Assembly: GCF_009914755.1 (NCBI RefSeq)
Contig: NC_060926.1
DNA length: 64,000 bases
Direction: 5' to 3' (one strand)
Source: the human T2T-CHM13v2.0 reference genome, Homo sapiens
Shown: positions 11,701 through 42,080 of the stretch, piece after piece
Layout: each line of letters begins with the position of its first letter
Numbering within the stretch: the stretch's first letter is position 1
The notes under the pieces: model-generated
The model's database searches: none
Told to the model about the DNA's origin: nothing
What the model saw: the letters and a program-made list of their open reading frames with translations, nothing else
Position numbers and translations under genes: made by a program

Positions 11701-13169
11701 CACACCTTCTCCACTTGCTGTCCAAGCCCTGTGCCCTAGGTGGGAAGAGACAGGCAAGAAACGTAAAACCCTCTCCTCCAGGAGGTGGAGCTGCCATCGA
11801 GATATTTTAGAAGTGAAGATGCCAGAACAGGGTCTAGATAGCTCATGGCCCTCACCTTCACCCCAGTGCACACACAAACATCACCATTCACCCTCCTATT
11901 ACATTATCACTCCTCTGGGGATTTATTCTTTGGTTAAACACTTCACAGTCAGAGCACAGAATCCCTGAGAAAGGAAGCACATTAAGCATTAGAAGTATGT
12001 GAACTGAGTGGGATTATTAAATTATTTCAAGAGAAGCTTTGAAAAGAAGGGGAAAGCAAGCACAGTGGGTGTCAGGTGGCTGGAAAGGGGAGAAGCAGGG
12101 TACAGAAAATAAGAGAACTTGATTGGAACTGGACCCAAAGAGCAGATATATGGACCTAACAGCTGTACGAAGGGGCAGTTGTCATTACAGGTACCTTCTC
12201 TTGGTTTCAAGCTGTTTGGCTGAGGGTGAGTATCCCCCTGTCACCCTAGCCAAAGTACATACCCAGTGGCTTCTGGGGCAGTCCAGTGCTGCTGAGGGCC
12301 AGTGAAGGAGACTGATCATCTGGACACAAAGACCTTTCTACTTCCTTCTCAGCTGAATTAGTTACCCAAGATAGGTGACCAACAAAGGCAGACAGGGATC
12401 TCCTCTCCTGGGCTCCCCTTGATTTGTCCTCTAAGATTAAGGCTTACCTGTGACTGTTGTTCGAATCCCCCAACTGCTGTGAGACTTGGAAACACTGATG
12501 GTTTTCAGATGGCTAAGAGAGCTCCATTTCTTGCCACCTGAGATTCTGACCAAGCCTTTCACAACCCTTCTTGGCCTTTTAGAGTTCCCCCTGTAGCAGA
12601 GTTTGCCCGCTCATTAATATCCGGGGATCTATGCCAGCTCATTTGGCTTGCCCCTTCACCAGCGTTGGATCAGTGAAAGTTGCAAGCAGTCATATGTTGC
12701 TCTCGGCAAATGTTTTACAGGTGAAAACACAAGAAGGGTCAATAGCAGGTGGTGGTTTTCTAAAACCCATCTGTGTCATAATTATAATAGACTGAGATAC
12801 ATGGAATGCCAGGGACTGCCACAGGCAAAGCTAACAGAATTTTGAAAAGATATTTAAGTTTCAGTTAGTAAACTGGGGACACCAAAGCCTACTCAGAATA
12901 GTTATGGGACTAAAATATGGAGGAAAAGCACCTAACAAGGTGCCTGATAATATATGATGCAGATTTAAAGTAGTGGATTCTAAAACAGACCAAAACTACC
13001 ACCCAGAACATATAAAGTAAAAGCACTATAACATGCAATAGTGTTACAATACTATTACAATAGCGTGTTAATATTACCAAACTATGGTAAAATATACTTT
13101 GATTTTATCCATAATTAAAGCTGAGGATGTATTGATAGTTAACTTAGAAAGATTAAAGCCCCCATCATT

Positions 13170-15240
<2,071 letters not shown>

Positions 15241-15269
15241 GCTCATGGAATTGAGCCCCAAATCAAGTT

Positions 15270-15570
15270 GTGACAAGATTGGTTCCTTCTGAGGGCTGTG
15301 AGAGAGAATCTGTTCCAGGCTTCTCTCCAAGCTTCAGGTGGTTTGCTGGCAATCTCTGGCATTCCTTGGCTTGTACAGGCATCATGCAGTCTCTGCCTTC
15401 ATGTTCTCTGTACAATTTTTCCTTTTTATAAGGTCACTAGTCACATTGGAATAGGAGCCCACTCTACTCCAGTATGACCTCATCTTTACTAACTACATCT
15501 ACAATGACCTTATGCCCAAATAAGGTCACATTCTGAGGTGCTGGGGGGTCAGCACTTCAGCATATGAATT
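15270..15570. mobile_element. MLT1-type MaLR LTR fragment
   Basis: GGTTCCTTCTGAGGGCTGTGAG...AAATAAGGTCACATTCTGAGGT motifs. Confidence 0.75.
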
Positions 15571-15655
15571 TATGGGAGAAGGGGTAGGGACACCACAGAT
15601 TATAATACCTAGAGTGGAGTTCCCAGGTTGGATCAACTACTAATAATGCTATGGC

Positions 15656-15955
<300 letters not shown>

Positions 15956-16357
15956 ATTATGGCAATGGCATTATCAGTCTTGTGTGCACCTCTCTGGAAT
16001 AATCATGATAACCATTGGAATGCATGGTATATTTAGAATTGGAAAGACTGTTCGATTGACATCCCAAATCTGGATGCTCTTTGGCAGAGGAAAATAAATT
16101 TTAAGACGTATCTCTCTTGTTGAGAAACTGACTCAAAATCAGGATTCATGAGCTTGGTAAATGCCAGGTATCTCAACAATCACACCTGAGATAAACATCA
16201 CCAAGTCCACTTGCCTCTACCAGAAGATGAAAGGCCCAAATCCCTGGAGATAAAATAACTTTTTTCTAAATCCATTTATTTCCTAGACAAATGACCTGTC
16301 TAATGAACTGTGATATTAACAAATCAGAATCTTTGGCATTAAGAATTTCTTATTATG

Positions 16358-16638
16358 GGCTGGGCACAGTGGCTGTCACCTGTAATCCCAGTGCTTGGGA
16401 GGCTAAAATGGATCACTTGAGGCCAGGAATTTGAAACCAGCCTGGGTAACATAGTGAGACCCTGTCTCTACAAAAAAAATTAAAAAGCCTGGCATGGTGG
16501 CACATGCCTGTAGTCCCTATTACTCAGGAGGCTGACGTGGGAAGATCACTTGAGCCCAGGCAAGGCTGCCAGGAGATATGATCGCTCCACTGCACTCCAG
16601 GCTGGATGACAGAGCAAGACCCTGTCTCAAAAAAAAAA
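16358..16638 (+). mobile_element. AluJ-like
   Basis: Divergent Alu with GATCACTTGAGCCCAGG diagnostic. Confidence 0.9.
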
Positions 16639-16754
16639 TCTCATCATGATACATTTCTACATTCAAAAGAATGAAGTTGGACCTAACCCTAACCCTAACC
16701 CACAAATATGTATTGAGTGCCTTCTAGGTTCTAGTTTTCTAGAAAACTAGAAAA

Positions 16755-17400
16755 TACCTAGTTTTCCCAGCACCATTTGTTGAAGAGACCATTATTTCTC
16801 TATTCAGTGGTTTTGACATCCTTGTCAAAAATCAGTTGATCATCAATGTGAAGGTGTATTTTTGGGCTCTCAATTCTGCTGCATTGGTCTATATGTCTAT
16901 CCTTATTCCAGTTTTACACTGTTTTGATTACTATAGCTTTGTAGTAAGTTTTGAAATCAGGAAGTATGAGCCCTCTGACTTTGTTCTTTTTCAAGATTGT
17001 TTTGGCTGTTGGTTCACTTAAATTCCATATGGATTTTAGGATTTTTTTTTTTCATTTCTGCCAAAAAAATGTCATTGGGATTTTGATAGCAATTGCATTG
17101 AGTCTAAATATAGCTTTGGGTAATATTGTCATCTTAATATTAAGTCTTCCAAGCCATGAACATGGCATGTCTTTCCATGTATTTAGGTTTTCTTCATTTT
17201 CTTTCACTGATATTTTATAGCTTTCAATGTACAAGTCTTGTGCCTCCTTGATTTAATATTTGGTTCTAAGTATTTCAGTTATTTTGATGCTATTGTAAAT
17301 TGAATTGTTTTCTTAATTTTCTTTGTGGAGTGTTCATGACTGGTGTCTAGAAATGCAATTAATTTGTGTGTGTATGTTGATTTTGTATCCTGCAACTTTG
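16755..17400 (-). mobile_element. Old L1M ORF2 fragment
   Basis: - strand translation NTWKDMPCSWLGRLNIKMTILPKAIFRLNAIAIKIP is L1 ORF2. Confidence 0.9.
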
Positions 17401-18134
17401 CCTTGCAATGTTTTTGACCAATCCCTGCCTCTTTTCTGTCCTGTGTTGGTTCCAAGATAGGCAAACATAGATGGGTACCTAGCCTCAGTCCTTCAGACAG
17501 CTCCCCAGCAGGTTAGAACAGACAAACACAGTAATTTACAAGTAAGGTCAGCTCTGCACCCTCCAGAACCAGGAACAAGGGTCCCACTCTGGGAACACAG
17601 GCTGCTTTCTGCAAGACTGCTACCCAGCTGGGGGAAGGGATAGGACAAGGACAAATGATGCTTTGCTACCATTATAAAGTTGTCTTTTTTGTAATTCAGC
17701 ATTTTCTTCATTGCTGTAAACCTTTGAGTGTTTTCCAGAATTCTGACAATGTTGGTTCTGACCATTTCTGGGTTTTTTTTTCATATGTTTCTGTGGGGGG
17801 ATGGGCATTTTGAGTTTCCAATTTTGCCATTTTGCTGATGTCCTTTTTCAATAGAAACTTTTAATTGAAATATAATCTATATAAAGGGGTAAAAATCATA
17901 AATGCATAGCTTGATGAATTTTTTAAAAATTTTATTTTAAGTTCAGAGGCACGTGCAGGTTTGTGACGTAGGTAAACTAGTGTTATTGTGGGGGTTTGTT
18001 GATGAGGTGTACAGTGAAACTAGCACTCCAGAACAATAAACAGGTATTTTCAGAACCCCAGAGCCCCCTCATGCCCCCTTCTAATTGCTAACCACTACCT
18101 CCCCTCAAGAGAAACTACTTTCTTAACTTCTAGC

Positions 18135-18493
18135 AGTCTTAGTCTATTTGTGCTGCTACAACAGAATACCACAGACTGGGTCAGCTATAAAGAACAGACA
18201 TTGAATTTTTTCACTGTTCCGGAGGCTAGGAAGTCCAAGATCAAGGCGCCAGCAAGTTCGGTTGTCTGGTGAGGGCTGCATCCTCCAGAGGGGAGGAACA
18301 CTGTGTCCTCACATTGCAGGAGGCAGAAGGGCAAGAGAGAGAAACTCCCTCTGTTAAGCCCCTTTATAAGGAAACCTAATACCGTTCATGAGGGAGGGGC
18401 CCTCGCAGCCTGATCACCTTGTATAGGCCCCATCTCTTCATACTATCACATTGTCAACACCTGAATTTTGGAGGAGACATTCAAACTATAGCA
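18135..18493. mobile_element. MST/MLT1A-type MaLR solo LTR
   Basis: GTCTTAGTCTATTTGTGCTGCT...ACATTCAAACTATAGCA termini. Confidence 0.85.
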
Positions 18494-18684
18494 AACACTT
18501 TTTTATTTTTAAACTTTAAATGGAATCATACAGTACGAAGCCTTTTTATGTCTGGTGTCTCACTCAACATTATGCTTCTGAGATTCACCTATGTAGTGTA
18601 TAGTCACAGTTCATCTAATTCCATTGTATGAATATGACACAGTTTACTTATTCATTCTACTATCATAAGTATTTAAGTGTTATT

Positions 18685-21174
<2,490 letters not shown>

Positions 21175-21224
21175 TAATCCCTGCCCCTCTGCTTTCTTTT
21201 TTTTGGGGGGGGGGCAAGTTTTCT

Positions 21225-27940
<6,716 letters not shown>

Positions 27941-28114
27941 TCTTTTCTTTCTTTTCTTTCCTTTCTTTCCTTCCTTTCCTTTTCTTTTCTTTCCTTTCCT
28001 TTCCTTTCCTTTTTTCTTTTCTTTTCTTTCTTTCCTTCCTTCCTTCCTTCCTTCCTTCCTTCCTTCCTTCCTTCCTTCCTTCCTTTCTTCTTTCTTTCTT
28101 TCCTTTTTTTTTTT
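27941..28114. repeat. Compound (CTTT)n/(CCTT)n microsatellite, expanded Alu tail
   Basis: Pure pyrimidine tract about 175 bp adjoining Alu 28100-28386(-). Confidence 0.95.
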
Positions 28115-28386
28115 GACATGGAGTCTAGCCCTGTCACCCAGGCTGGAGCGCAATGGTGTGATCTTGGCTTACTGTAACCTCTGCCTCTCAGGTTCAAATG
28201 ATTCTCTTACCTCAGCCTCCCAAGTAGCTGGGATTACAGGCACCCGCCACCATGCCCAGCTCATTTTTTGTATTTTCAGTAGAGATGGGGTTTCACCATG
28301 TTGGCCTCGACCTCCTGACCTTGTGATCCACCCGCCTTGGTCTCTCAAAGTGCTGAGATTACATGCGTGAGCCACCACGCCTGGCC
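28100..28386 (-). mobile_element. Alu (AluS-like)
   Basis: Antisense Alu consensus. Confidence 0.93.
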
Positions 28387-28805
28387 CTCTGCTTTCTATT
28401 CTAAAACATTAGGATAATAATGCTAACTAACTCTTAGAGTTAATGCCGGAATGAAATGAATTAATGTTAGGAAAGTACTCAGAATATGCCTGGCTCATTG
28501 TAAGCCCTCAGATGTTAGTTCTGCCTCCTTCTTCCCTCTCTTTCTTCTTCTATTCCTCTTCTTCCCTCTTCTTCTAGGCTGATGTGCATCCCTGAGATAG
28601 GGACCTGTGTCCTGAACTTCTCTTCACCTAGTGACTTTGCGAATCTGAGAACAGAAAAGACCTATACCTGCTTCCTAGAAGGGAAGCCTCCAAAGTTCCC
28701 TCTTGCCCAGTATGAGGACATCTGAGATATATAGGCAGGTAGGCCTGAGATTGTCTCAAAGTTCTCCAGCAGATGCTTCCAGGAGCCTATGAAGGATGTG
28801 GAAGT

Positions 28806-28890
28806 AGGAGAGACAGAGAGAGAAAGGGAGGGAGGGAGGGAGAAAGAGAGAGAGACAGAGAGAGAGAGAGAATGAGAGAATGAGAGAATG
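28806..28890. repeat. GA-rich simple repeat
   Basis: (GA)n/(GGGA)n tract. Confidence 0.85.
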
Positions 28891-29059
28891 AGCTGGATCA
28901 GAAGCCCTATGGTTAGGAATAGAGGTACATCGTGACACCAGGCAGAAACAAGGATGTTTCTGTTAATGGCAGCATTGGCCAATAGCAACTGTGGACCAGA
29001 TTGTGACCCTCACAATGGCACAATGTAATCCACCAAAATTACACCCAACCACAAGGAAA

Positions 29060-30095
<1,036 letters not shown>

Positions 30096-30344
30096 CAGGC
30101 ATCCTTAAATTTACCAAGAATAAGTTTCTGATACAAAATGGAATTTCAAAGAAGAATGTATCTGATTCAGAAGGACAGAACATGTCCTTGAGAACATTTC
30201 TAGGGACATTGGTATGGTAGCCCTGGTTGGGATAACAGTGAGCTGCCACCCCCAGAGATGCTCAGGTCACCAGGGCTGGAAAGTGCTATTTTGCTCTAGG
30301 CAGATGACATTATATAGGCTCAGGCAATGGATTCTATCTTCTTT

Positions 30345-30670
30345 TTTATTTTATATTTATTTATTTATTTATTTATTTATTTTTTTGAGATGGAGTCTCA
30401 CTCTTGTAGCCCAGGCTGGAGTGCAATGGCGTGATCTTGGCTGACTGCAACCTCCGCTTCCTGGGTTCAGGCAATTTCTTCTGCCTCAGCCTCCTGAGTA
30501 GCTGGGATTACAGGTGTGCGCCACCACACCCAGCTAATTTTTGTATTTTTGATAGAGATGGGGTTTCACCCAGTTGGTCAGGCTGGTCTCGAATTCCTGA
30601 CCTCAGGTGATCTACCCACCTCAGCCTCCCAAAGTGCTGGGATTACAGGCATGAGCCACTGCACCCAGCC
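30345..30670 (-). mobile_element. Alu with (TTTA)n tail
   Basis: Alu consensus. Confidence 0.93.
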
Positions 30671-31351
30671 GGGTTCTACCTTCTTATGTACCATCAGCCA
30701 GCCTCTGGTTATCAGGGTATGAGTGAGCTCCTCTCAACTTCCCATTTCTGCAATAGAATTGTTCACACTGTCTCTTCCTTCCCCTCTCACCTCAAATCTA
30801 ACAGAAAGAACGTTAAACTCAGTTCCTGAAGACCTGGGTTCAAAATCTGGCTCTGTCACTTACTGATCTTTACCTCTCTAAACTTCATGTTTCTTATTGC
30901 AGGAGAAGAATAACAGCCTCTAACTCTTTAGGGAGACTGTAGTATTCAAATGTATTCATATAAGGAGCAAGGCTTTTTATAAAGGGGCAGTATTTCTAAC
31001 AGGATTTCCCTGGCTCAGAAACAGGCAGAGAAAAGTGGAACATAGAAAGCATGAGGTGGAAACTGGCATACACAGGTTTTGTTTGAGCTAATTTAATTTT
31101 TAAAAAAAGATTGTCGGATGTTTTCTCATAAAAATTCAGATTTTTGACTTCTCTGCAAAAATCCAAAACTATGGCAACACCAGGCCTGCATTCACTTGGG
31201 GGCAACAATGGGTGGAGCTGGGTGGTAGCTGCCCTGGGGCTTTCCCACCACTTCCCTATTCTGGTCTCTGGCTTGGTTTGCTTCATATAAAGCTATCTGG
31301 GTTTTTGACCTCTAGGATGGAGAGAAGGGAAATAGATCCAAATACCTATTA

Positions 31352-32250
<899 letters not shown>

Positions 32251-32621
32251 CCAGGAAGCAGAAGTTGTAGTGACCCGAGATCGTGCCACTGCACTCCACC
32301 TGTCAGGGAAACATCTCAAGCATGAGGTCATGAAAGTCAAGGCCCCCAGCTGCTGCCCTTGGGCAACATGGGAGAGGTGAAATTTAACGTTTGCTTCTCC
32401 TCGTAGTGATTCCCCTCTGAAAATGTCCTAGCTTTTTGGTAAAGGAACGTGCACTGTCTGGTGTGTGGGTCTTGTGAACCCTGAGGAGGTGGAGTGGCAG
32501 GAGATGGGGGCTTTCTTCTTTCCCATTTCCTCCTGGTGTCCAGGGAAGATGCCCGTTCACCTTGGGAGGACTGAGACTCGGAGCTCCAGGTAAAACTGGT
32601 GGGCTAGGGGAGGTCCCCAAA

Positions 32622-35247
<2,626 letters not shown>

Positions 35248-35523
35248 GGTTGGGTGCTGTGGCTCACACCTGTAATTCCAGCACTTTGGGAGGCCGAGGT
35301 AGGTAGATCATCTGAGGTCAGGAGTTTGAGACCAGCCTGGCCAACATGGCAAAACCCTATCTCTACTAAAAATACAAAAATTAGCCGGGCGTGGTGGCGG
35401 GCACCTCTAATTCCAGCTACTCTGGAGGCTGAGACCGGAGAATTGCTTGAACCGGGAGGCGGAGGTTGCAGCGAGCCAGGATTGCACCACTGCACTCCAG
35501 CCTGGACGACAGGGTGAGACTCT
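35248..35523 (+). mobile_element. Alu lacking A-tail
   Basis: Alu consensus ending at GAGACTCTG. Confidence 0.92.
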
Positions 35524-35915
35524 GGGGAGTGGGGAGGAGAGAATTAACAAACTATATGACACAAAGGAACAAAAATACACAAGACAGGATAAGAGAGAGG
35601 AAGGATACAGGGAGAGCTAACATACATATAGCAGTTTGAAGTCCCGGGAAAGGAGAAAAAAATGGGGAGGAGCAATATTTGAACAGATAATATCTGAGAA
35701 ACTCCCCAGACTGATCAAAGACATCCAGTCACAGAGTCAAGAAACTAGGAGTCCTAGAATAAATAAGTAGAAAGCCACACCTAGCAACTCAGCTGTCAGC
35801 CTAATTGAACTTAATATGCCCTTTCTTCTCTGGCTGCCTGTAAATCACCAATTTTTCAAATGCTGTTAGAACCAGCTGTACCATCCTGCTGGGTCCTTCA
35901 TTCCTGGCTTGAATG

Positions 35916-35928
35916 TGATCTTTGACCC
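35916..35928 (-). promoter_or_regulatory. DR1 nuclear-receptor element GGGTCA-A-AGATCA (PPAR/RXR/RAR/HNF4 type), about 820 bp upstream of CYP27A1 ATG
   Basis: Close match to DR1 consensus; CYP27A1 is known to respond to these receptors. Confidence 0.55.
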
Positions 35929-36139
35929 TGTATTTATTTTATACTTGCGTGAGTTATGTTTTTAAACTTTTTGACAACTATACTTTGAATATACATGAAA
36001 CATAGGATTCATAAGACAATACTTTTTTTTTCTTCTTGCTGTACGTTTTCCGTACTATGTTACTCTTTCCATTTTATTAAAAATAATTCTGGCCATCATC
36101 TACGAAATCTGGTCTCAACCTGCAGTTTGAAATATCCTG

Positions 36140-37052
<913 letters not shown>

Positions 37053-37441
37053 TAGAGGTGAGAAGACGTTGGACAGAAAGTGAAGGCTGCAGGAACTCAG
37101 CTGGGGACCCACTGAGGCTATGGTCATAAACTGGAAATCAGTAGGGAGAATGGGCAAAGTGCAGACAGAGCCCTTTGAGCTGAGATAAACAGGACGAGGA
37201 AGGGCTTAAATCAGGACGGCACCAGTAAGGGGGGGATCTGGACGCCGGACTTACAGTGAGCAGAGGTTGAGGAGGGAGCTGTCTTGGGAAGAGAGTGGCA
37301 GAGGCAAATGTGTAAGCTAACGGATATTATGGAATCACTAATTCTGGGCTGATATTGGCTACCACAGACTTCTTCCAAACGAAATAACTTCAGGAGGATT
37401 ATAGAAACCTCTTGGTTATTTGCAAGGTAAATTTCCTCTTA

Positions 37442-37850
<409 letters not shown>

Positions 37851-38801
37851 AAATCAGCCTGTAGTCTGTGTTCAGGTTAGTGGTGTTGGGGGAGAAAACC
37901 AATGTCTAATAAGAAAGTTTTATACAGCAGAACACAGAAATGAGGCAGGGATGAACAGCTCACTGCTCACTGACAGAGACCGGAAAACCCAACACTGACC
38001 AATGTTGGAGAGGATTTAGGGAATGAACCAAAGGGGTTCATACAGGATCTATCTTCCTAATGACTATCAACAAATATGAATGCACCTACCATGTTCTAGG
38101 CATGGTTCCAAGTACTGGGATTCAGTGAGATGAGGCTTCTGCCCTCATGGGGCTTAAATGCTCCTCTGAAGAAGATGGAGGACAAAGAGATAAAGCAACA
38201 AAAAGTTAACTTCACAGAGAGAACTCTGGGGGAGAAGCTGTTCTAAGGTTGGGGAAGAGGGAGGGGGCTTCGATTCGGGGTGCCTCCACAAGGACACTTG
38301 GTTGTCAGGGACTGATAGGAGTAGGCTGGTCCTGGGCTGGGGTAGCCAACCATCTGCTGGTCATGTGTCTGTGCTGGGAAGGAGTCAAAAGTAAGGAGGA
38401 GCTGTGGGGACTGGGGACAGGACTGGCCTTTGAGGACAGCCTTGAAGATCAAGATAAGGGCCCTGGTTCCTCTGAGGGGCCATGGTGAGCTCTTGAGCAA
38501 GCATGGGGTGAAGACGGCCTGCATGGAACACTGTCCAGGCTGTGGTGTGTGTAGTAGGAGAGGTGCAGAGGGTCTAAGGTGATGAAGGCTCAGGCGTGGC
38601 AGGATCCAGGATGGAGAGGCAGATCTGAGCCACACTCCAGAGAAAACTGGAATGGAGGTTGAGGATGAGGGAGAAGATGACTCTGAGGGCAACGAAGGGC
38701 AAAACTGACTACAACCAGGGCTGCATCCTCTGCCCTGTCCTGGTGGCTGCTGTCTCTCCTGCAATCTTCCCTGTTGGGCTCATGTTTGTGAGACTTGGGG
38801 A

Positions 38802-39388
38802 TGTGAAAATAAATAATTCAAAACCTAAGCTGTTGGAACTTTAAAATATTTTGAGCCTTAAGGGAATGTGATTATGTGATTATGGCACTCAAGTCACATA
38901 AGCAGGCTGCTGTAACCTTTGTTTCTCTGATTTTAGATTAACTTTCTTTACCTCTGTTGTTTTGAAAATGTTGTAAATGTCTACAGGAGGCCAAGGAAGA
39001 TGCCTTCCCTCTTCACTGTTGAACTTCATTATAGATTAACTTCCTTTTACCTTTCTCACGCAAAGATTTCATGCCTATCGCATTGCTTTAAGAAGAAATG
39101 TTAACTATACTATTTTAAATTGGAAAGGAAATGAAAATGAGACACATGGAAAAGAAAACAAGTGATAACTAATTAAATTGTAACTTATAAACCAGCCTTG
39201 TGTAGAAAATGTTATAACCCTATGAAACTTTGTTTCCTGTCTATATAAGCAAGGACTTAACTTTTAACTTTGGAGCACTGATCCCATTTTTCTGGAGTGT
39301 GTGCTTCCCAAATGGCTATTCCCAGCTTTTCACTTGAATAAAATGTTTAAAACTGGATTCTGATTCTTTTGAGTATTTCAGGTTGACA
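38802..39388 (+). mobile_element. ERV1-type solo LTR (MER72-like, family uncertain)
   Basis: TGTGAAAAT...GGTTGACA termini, internal TATATAA and AATAAA in LTR order. Confidence 0.75.
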
Positions 39389-39456
39389 GGGGGCAGGTCA
39401 CAAAATACTGAGAGATGGTTTTGAAATCACTTCTTGTGAACCCAGATCCTTTAAGC

Positions 39457-39974
39457 CAGTGGTCCCCAGTCTTTTTGGCACCAGTTTTGTGGAAGACAAT
39501 TTTTCCATGGACTGGGGTGGTGGGGATGGTTTTGGGATGATTCAAGTGCATTACATTTATTGTGTATTTTATTTCTATTATTGTTATATTGTAATATATA
39601 ATGAAATAATTATGCAACTCACCATAATGTGGAATCAGTGGGAGCCCTGAGCTTGTTTTCCTGCAACCAGACTGTCCCATCTGGGGGTGATGGGAGACAG
39701 TGACAGATCAGGCATTAGATTCTCTTAAGGAGTGTGCAACCTAGATCCCTCACATATGCAGTTCACAATAGGGTTTGTGCTCCTATGAGAATCTAATGCC
39801 AGCACTGATCTGACAGGAGGCAGAGCTCAGGTGGTCATGTGAGTGATGGGGAGTGGCTGTAAATACAGATGAAGCTTTGCTCACTCACCTACTGCTTACC
39901 TCCTGCTGGGAGGCCTGGTTCCTAACAGGTCACAGACTAGTACTGGTCTGTGGCCCCGTTGTTGGGGATCCCTG
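39457..39974. mobile_element. MER1A hAT-Charlie non-autonomous DNA transposon
   Basis: TIRs CAGTGGTCCCCA / TGGGGATCCCTG and perfect 8-bp TSD CTTTAAGC. Confidence 0.92.
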
Positions 39975-41344
39975 CTTTAAGCCAAGAAAACAGACTCCTG
40001 TTAACTTCTTCTGCTTGGTTTAACCTCTAGAAATGGGAGAGACCCAGTAAATGCCTCAAGGGTGAGAACTAAGGATTTCTCAGGGGCAGATTTGCTTAGG
40101 ATGATGTCTAGAGCAGTAACTAACCAAAGAAATTCTAGATGGCTTTAGGATGAGGAAGAGGAAGCAGGGGAAAGTCAGGAAGTATGGCTTTTTAAAGGAG
40201 AGTCTAGGGCTGGGATATAGTAGCAGAGCCACCTGGTTTCAGTCCTTGTATCCCAAAGATCTTGGGGCACACGAACCTGGGCCATCCCATGGGAAATACA
40301 TTAGTCCTTCCCATTACATGTGGCTAGTGTGAGTTAATAGAGGAGTGTTGTACATCTATAAAACTCAGTTAATAACCTTTTAAAATTAGAGAATGTGTTT
40401 CAGTTACTCACTTTGTATCAGAATTTGTTAGGTTGCCACTCAAACTGGCTCAAACTATAAAGCAGCTTTATTGGCTCATAGAACTGAAAAGACCAATAGT
40501 TGAGTGTCCTTCAGGTGTATTTATTCTAGAGATTCAGGAAGTCATCAAAGCTGCAGCTTTGGCTGGGTGTGATGGCACAAACTTACAGTCCCCCAGCTAC
40601 TTGGGAGGCTGAGGCAGAAGGATCCCTTGAGTTCAGGAGTTTGAGACCAGACTGAGAAACATAGCAAGACCCCACCTCTAAATTTAAAAAATGGCAGCTC
40701 TGTTTTTCTGCAGTTCCCTTGGCTCAGCTGTCTTGCAGGAGTTGGTTGACTGGCTTGGCCTGGGTTAATTGCCTATCCATGAGCCCACGATAGTGGCCAG
40801 GTGGAGATAGACATACCCTAATTAGCTTACCTCTGTGGAGGTTCACCCTCAAGCTGGGATTAGGGTCCCTCCCACCCAAACCAGGTGTCTGCCACACAAA
40901 GGGGAGGACGGCAATGGATGTAGGAACAGCCAACCACAATGTCCCTTGTGCCCTCAGTTGTCAAAAACTGCATTAGCACACATAAAAGTAATAAAAATCA
41001 GCTTTGAGAAGCATTGTAGCACTTAAGGGAGTGTGGTAGGAATTAGGACATGTAAAAGTCGTACTACATAAATGCCAATGCCAGTGCCTTTCTCTTTCCT
41101 AATAAAAATTACATTGAATGCTGGAAAAATGGAATGTAAACATATGTTGCATTTATGCCAAATTAATATATTTCAAACATATTGATCCTGAGAATTATGA
41201 GATATCTATTCTGTAGCTCTTTTTGTGCACTGCCTGGCTTGGTGACCCTTCCTGTGCCCCCCAGTGCCCAGGAGATTAATGATTTAATCCCTCCAGGTGC
41301 CCCAATGTCCTAAGTACATATGTGTCATTTTATGTTATCATATT

Positions 41345-41648
41345 TCTCTTTCTTTTTTTTTTCTTTTTTTGAGACAGTGTCTCACTCTGTCACCCAGGCT
41401 GGAGTGCAGTGGTGCGATCATGGCTCACTGCAGCTTTGACCTCCTGGGCTCCAGCTGTCCTCTCACATCAGCCTCCCAAGTAGTTAGGACCACAGGCATG
41501 CACCACCACTCCTGGCCAATTTTTCTATTTTTGGTAGAAAGAGGTTTCGCCATGCCCAGGCTGGTCTTGAACTCCTGAGCTCAAGCAATTCACCCACTTT
41601 GGCCTCCCAAAGTACTGGGATTATAGGCATAAATTACTGTACCTGGCC
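41345..41648 (-). mobile_element. AluJ-like (a monomer also at 40561-40690 +)
   Basis: Alu consensus. Confidence 0.9.
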
Positions 41649-42080
41649 ATCATGTATCTTGTTTCTTATCATCACTTGTTTATATGGCTTAGAGATTGGG
41701 CTGTGAAGCTGTGAGGGCTGGGCCTATGTCTTTCCTACCTCTTTCCCCCAAGTGCCAGGCACGGTCTTAGGCATAGGGGAGGTGCCATGAGTGGTACTGA
41801 GCAGTGGATACATCTGATGGTAAACTTATATGTGACACTCTTCTTCCCAGCTCCCTGATCTGGGTTGTTTGACATAATATAGAGTGAAGAAAAGACAATG
41901 AGGGAGGTGGGCAGATTGAACAAGCCTGACCCTTCAGTTCTCAGTGTTTGAGGTTTCAGAAACTAAATGTTGTCATCACATTCAGCATGGGCAGATTACT
42001 GGGGACTGACCCACACTGGCCAAATCCAGAGAAACAAATGTGTGGACTGGAGTGCCCAACATGATTATATAATGAGGAGG

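Noticed and set aside
38243-38764. 173-aa - strand ORF in intron 1
   Set aside because: S/P-rich, non-ATG start, no homology I can recognise.
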